A stretch of DNA of 63,206 nucleotides, the filler included, from Octopus bimaculoides (lineage: Eukaryota), in the NCBI RefSeq assembly GCF_001194135.2. It is 6 parts of 6 records of this genome, joined end to end, with 100 filler letters (N's around TTAATTAATTAA, not from the genome) between each part and the next. Parts side by side here need not be neighbours in the genome. Positions count along the whole stretch, not along the records: positions 59,707 to 63,206 come from NW_026316310.1; 5 more parts are not named here. One strand, 5' to 3'. Made by a program: the position numbers and the translations under genes. Below the pieces are notes generated by a model. That model did not search any database, was not told the origin of the DNA, and saw only the letters and a list, made by a program, of their open reading frames with translations. How positions within the stretch are numbered: the first letter of the stretch is position 1; every line of letters starts with the position of its first letter. Below are positions 63,116 through 63,206 of this stretch, one piece after another.

Positions 63116-63206
63116 TGCTCAGGTGCACTGCAACTCGTTCTAAAAGGTTAAAAAGGGGGATAGAAAATAACCATGAGTTAGACAAAGAAAGGCAGTAATG
63201 AAACCG

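Overview
Repeat-dense, AT-rich, gapped animal genomic DNA, most likely from an octopus. That assignment is an inference from tRNA-headed SINE families and abundant di/tri/tetranucleotide microsatellites. No complete protein-coding gene, rRNA, tRNA gene or CRISPR array can be supported, and almost all ORFs in the track are low-complexity or N-gap artefacts. Recognisable content: (i) dozens of SINE copies from at least four families, including a TSD-flanked dimer; (ii) decayed LINE fragments (RTE, Tx1/L1, R4/Dong); (iii) DNA-transposon remnants and MITEs (Tc1, mariner, hAT) whose TIRs I read by eye; (iv) minisatellites with higher-order structure; (v) a few candidate host exons, the best being a signal-peptide exon at 40777-41172. 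The most interesting signal is a set of minimal type I hammerhead-ribozyme motifs of the Penelope-like-element type, from three different repeat families. Each family has its own palindromic stem III, and one motif is fused directly to a Pol III SINE head just downstream of the candidate signal-peptide exon. All calls were made by eye, with no database searches.
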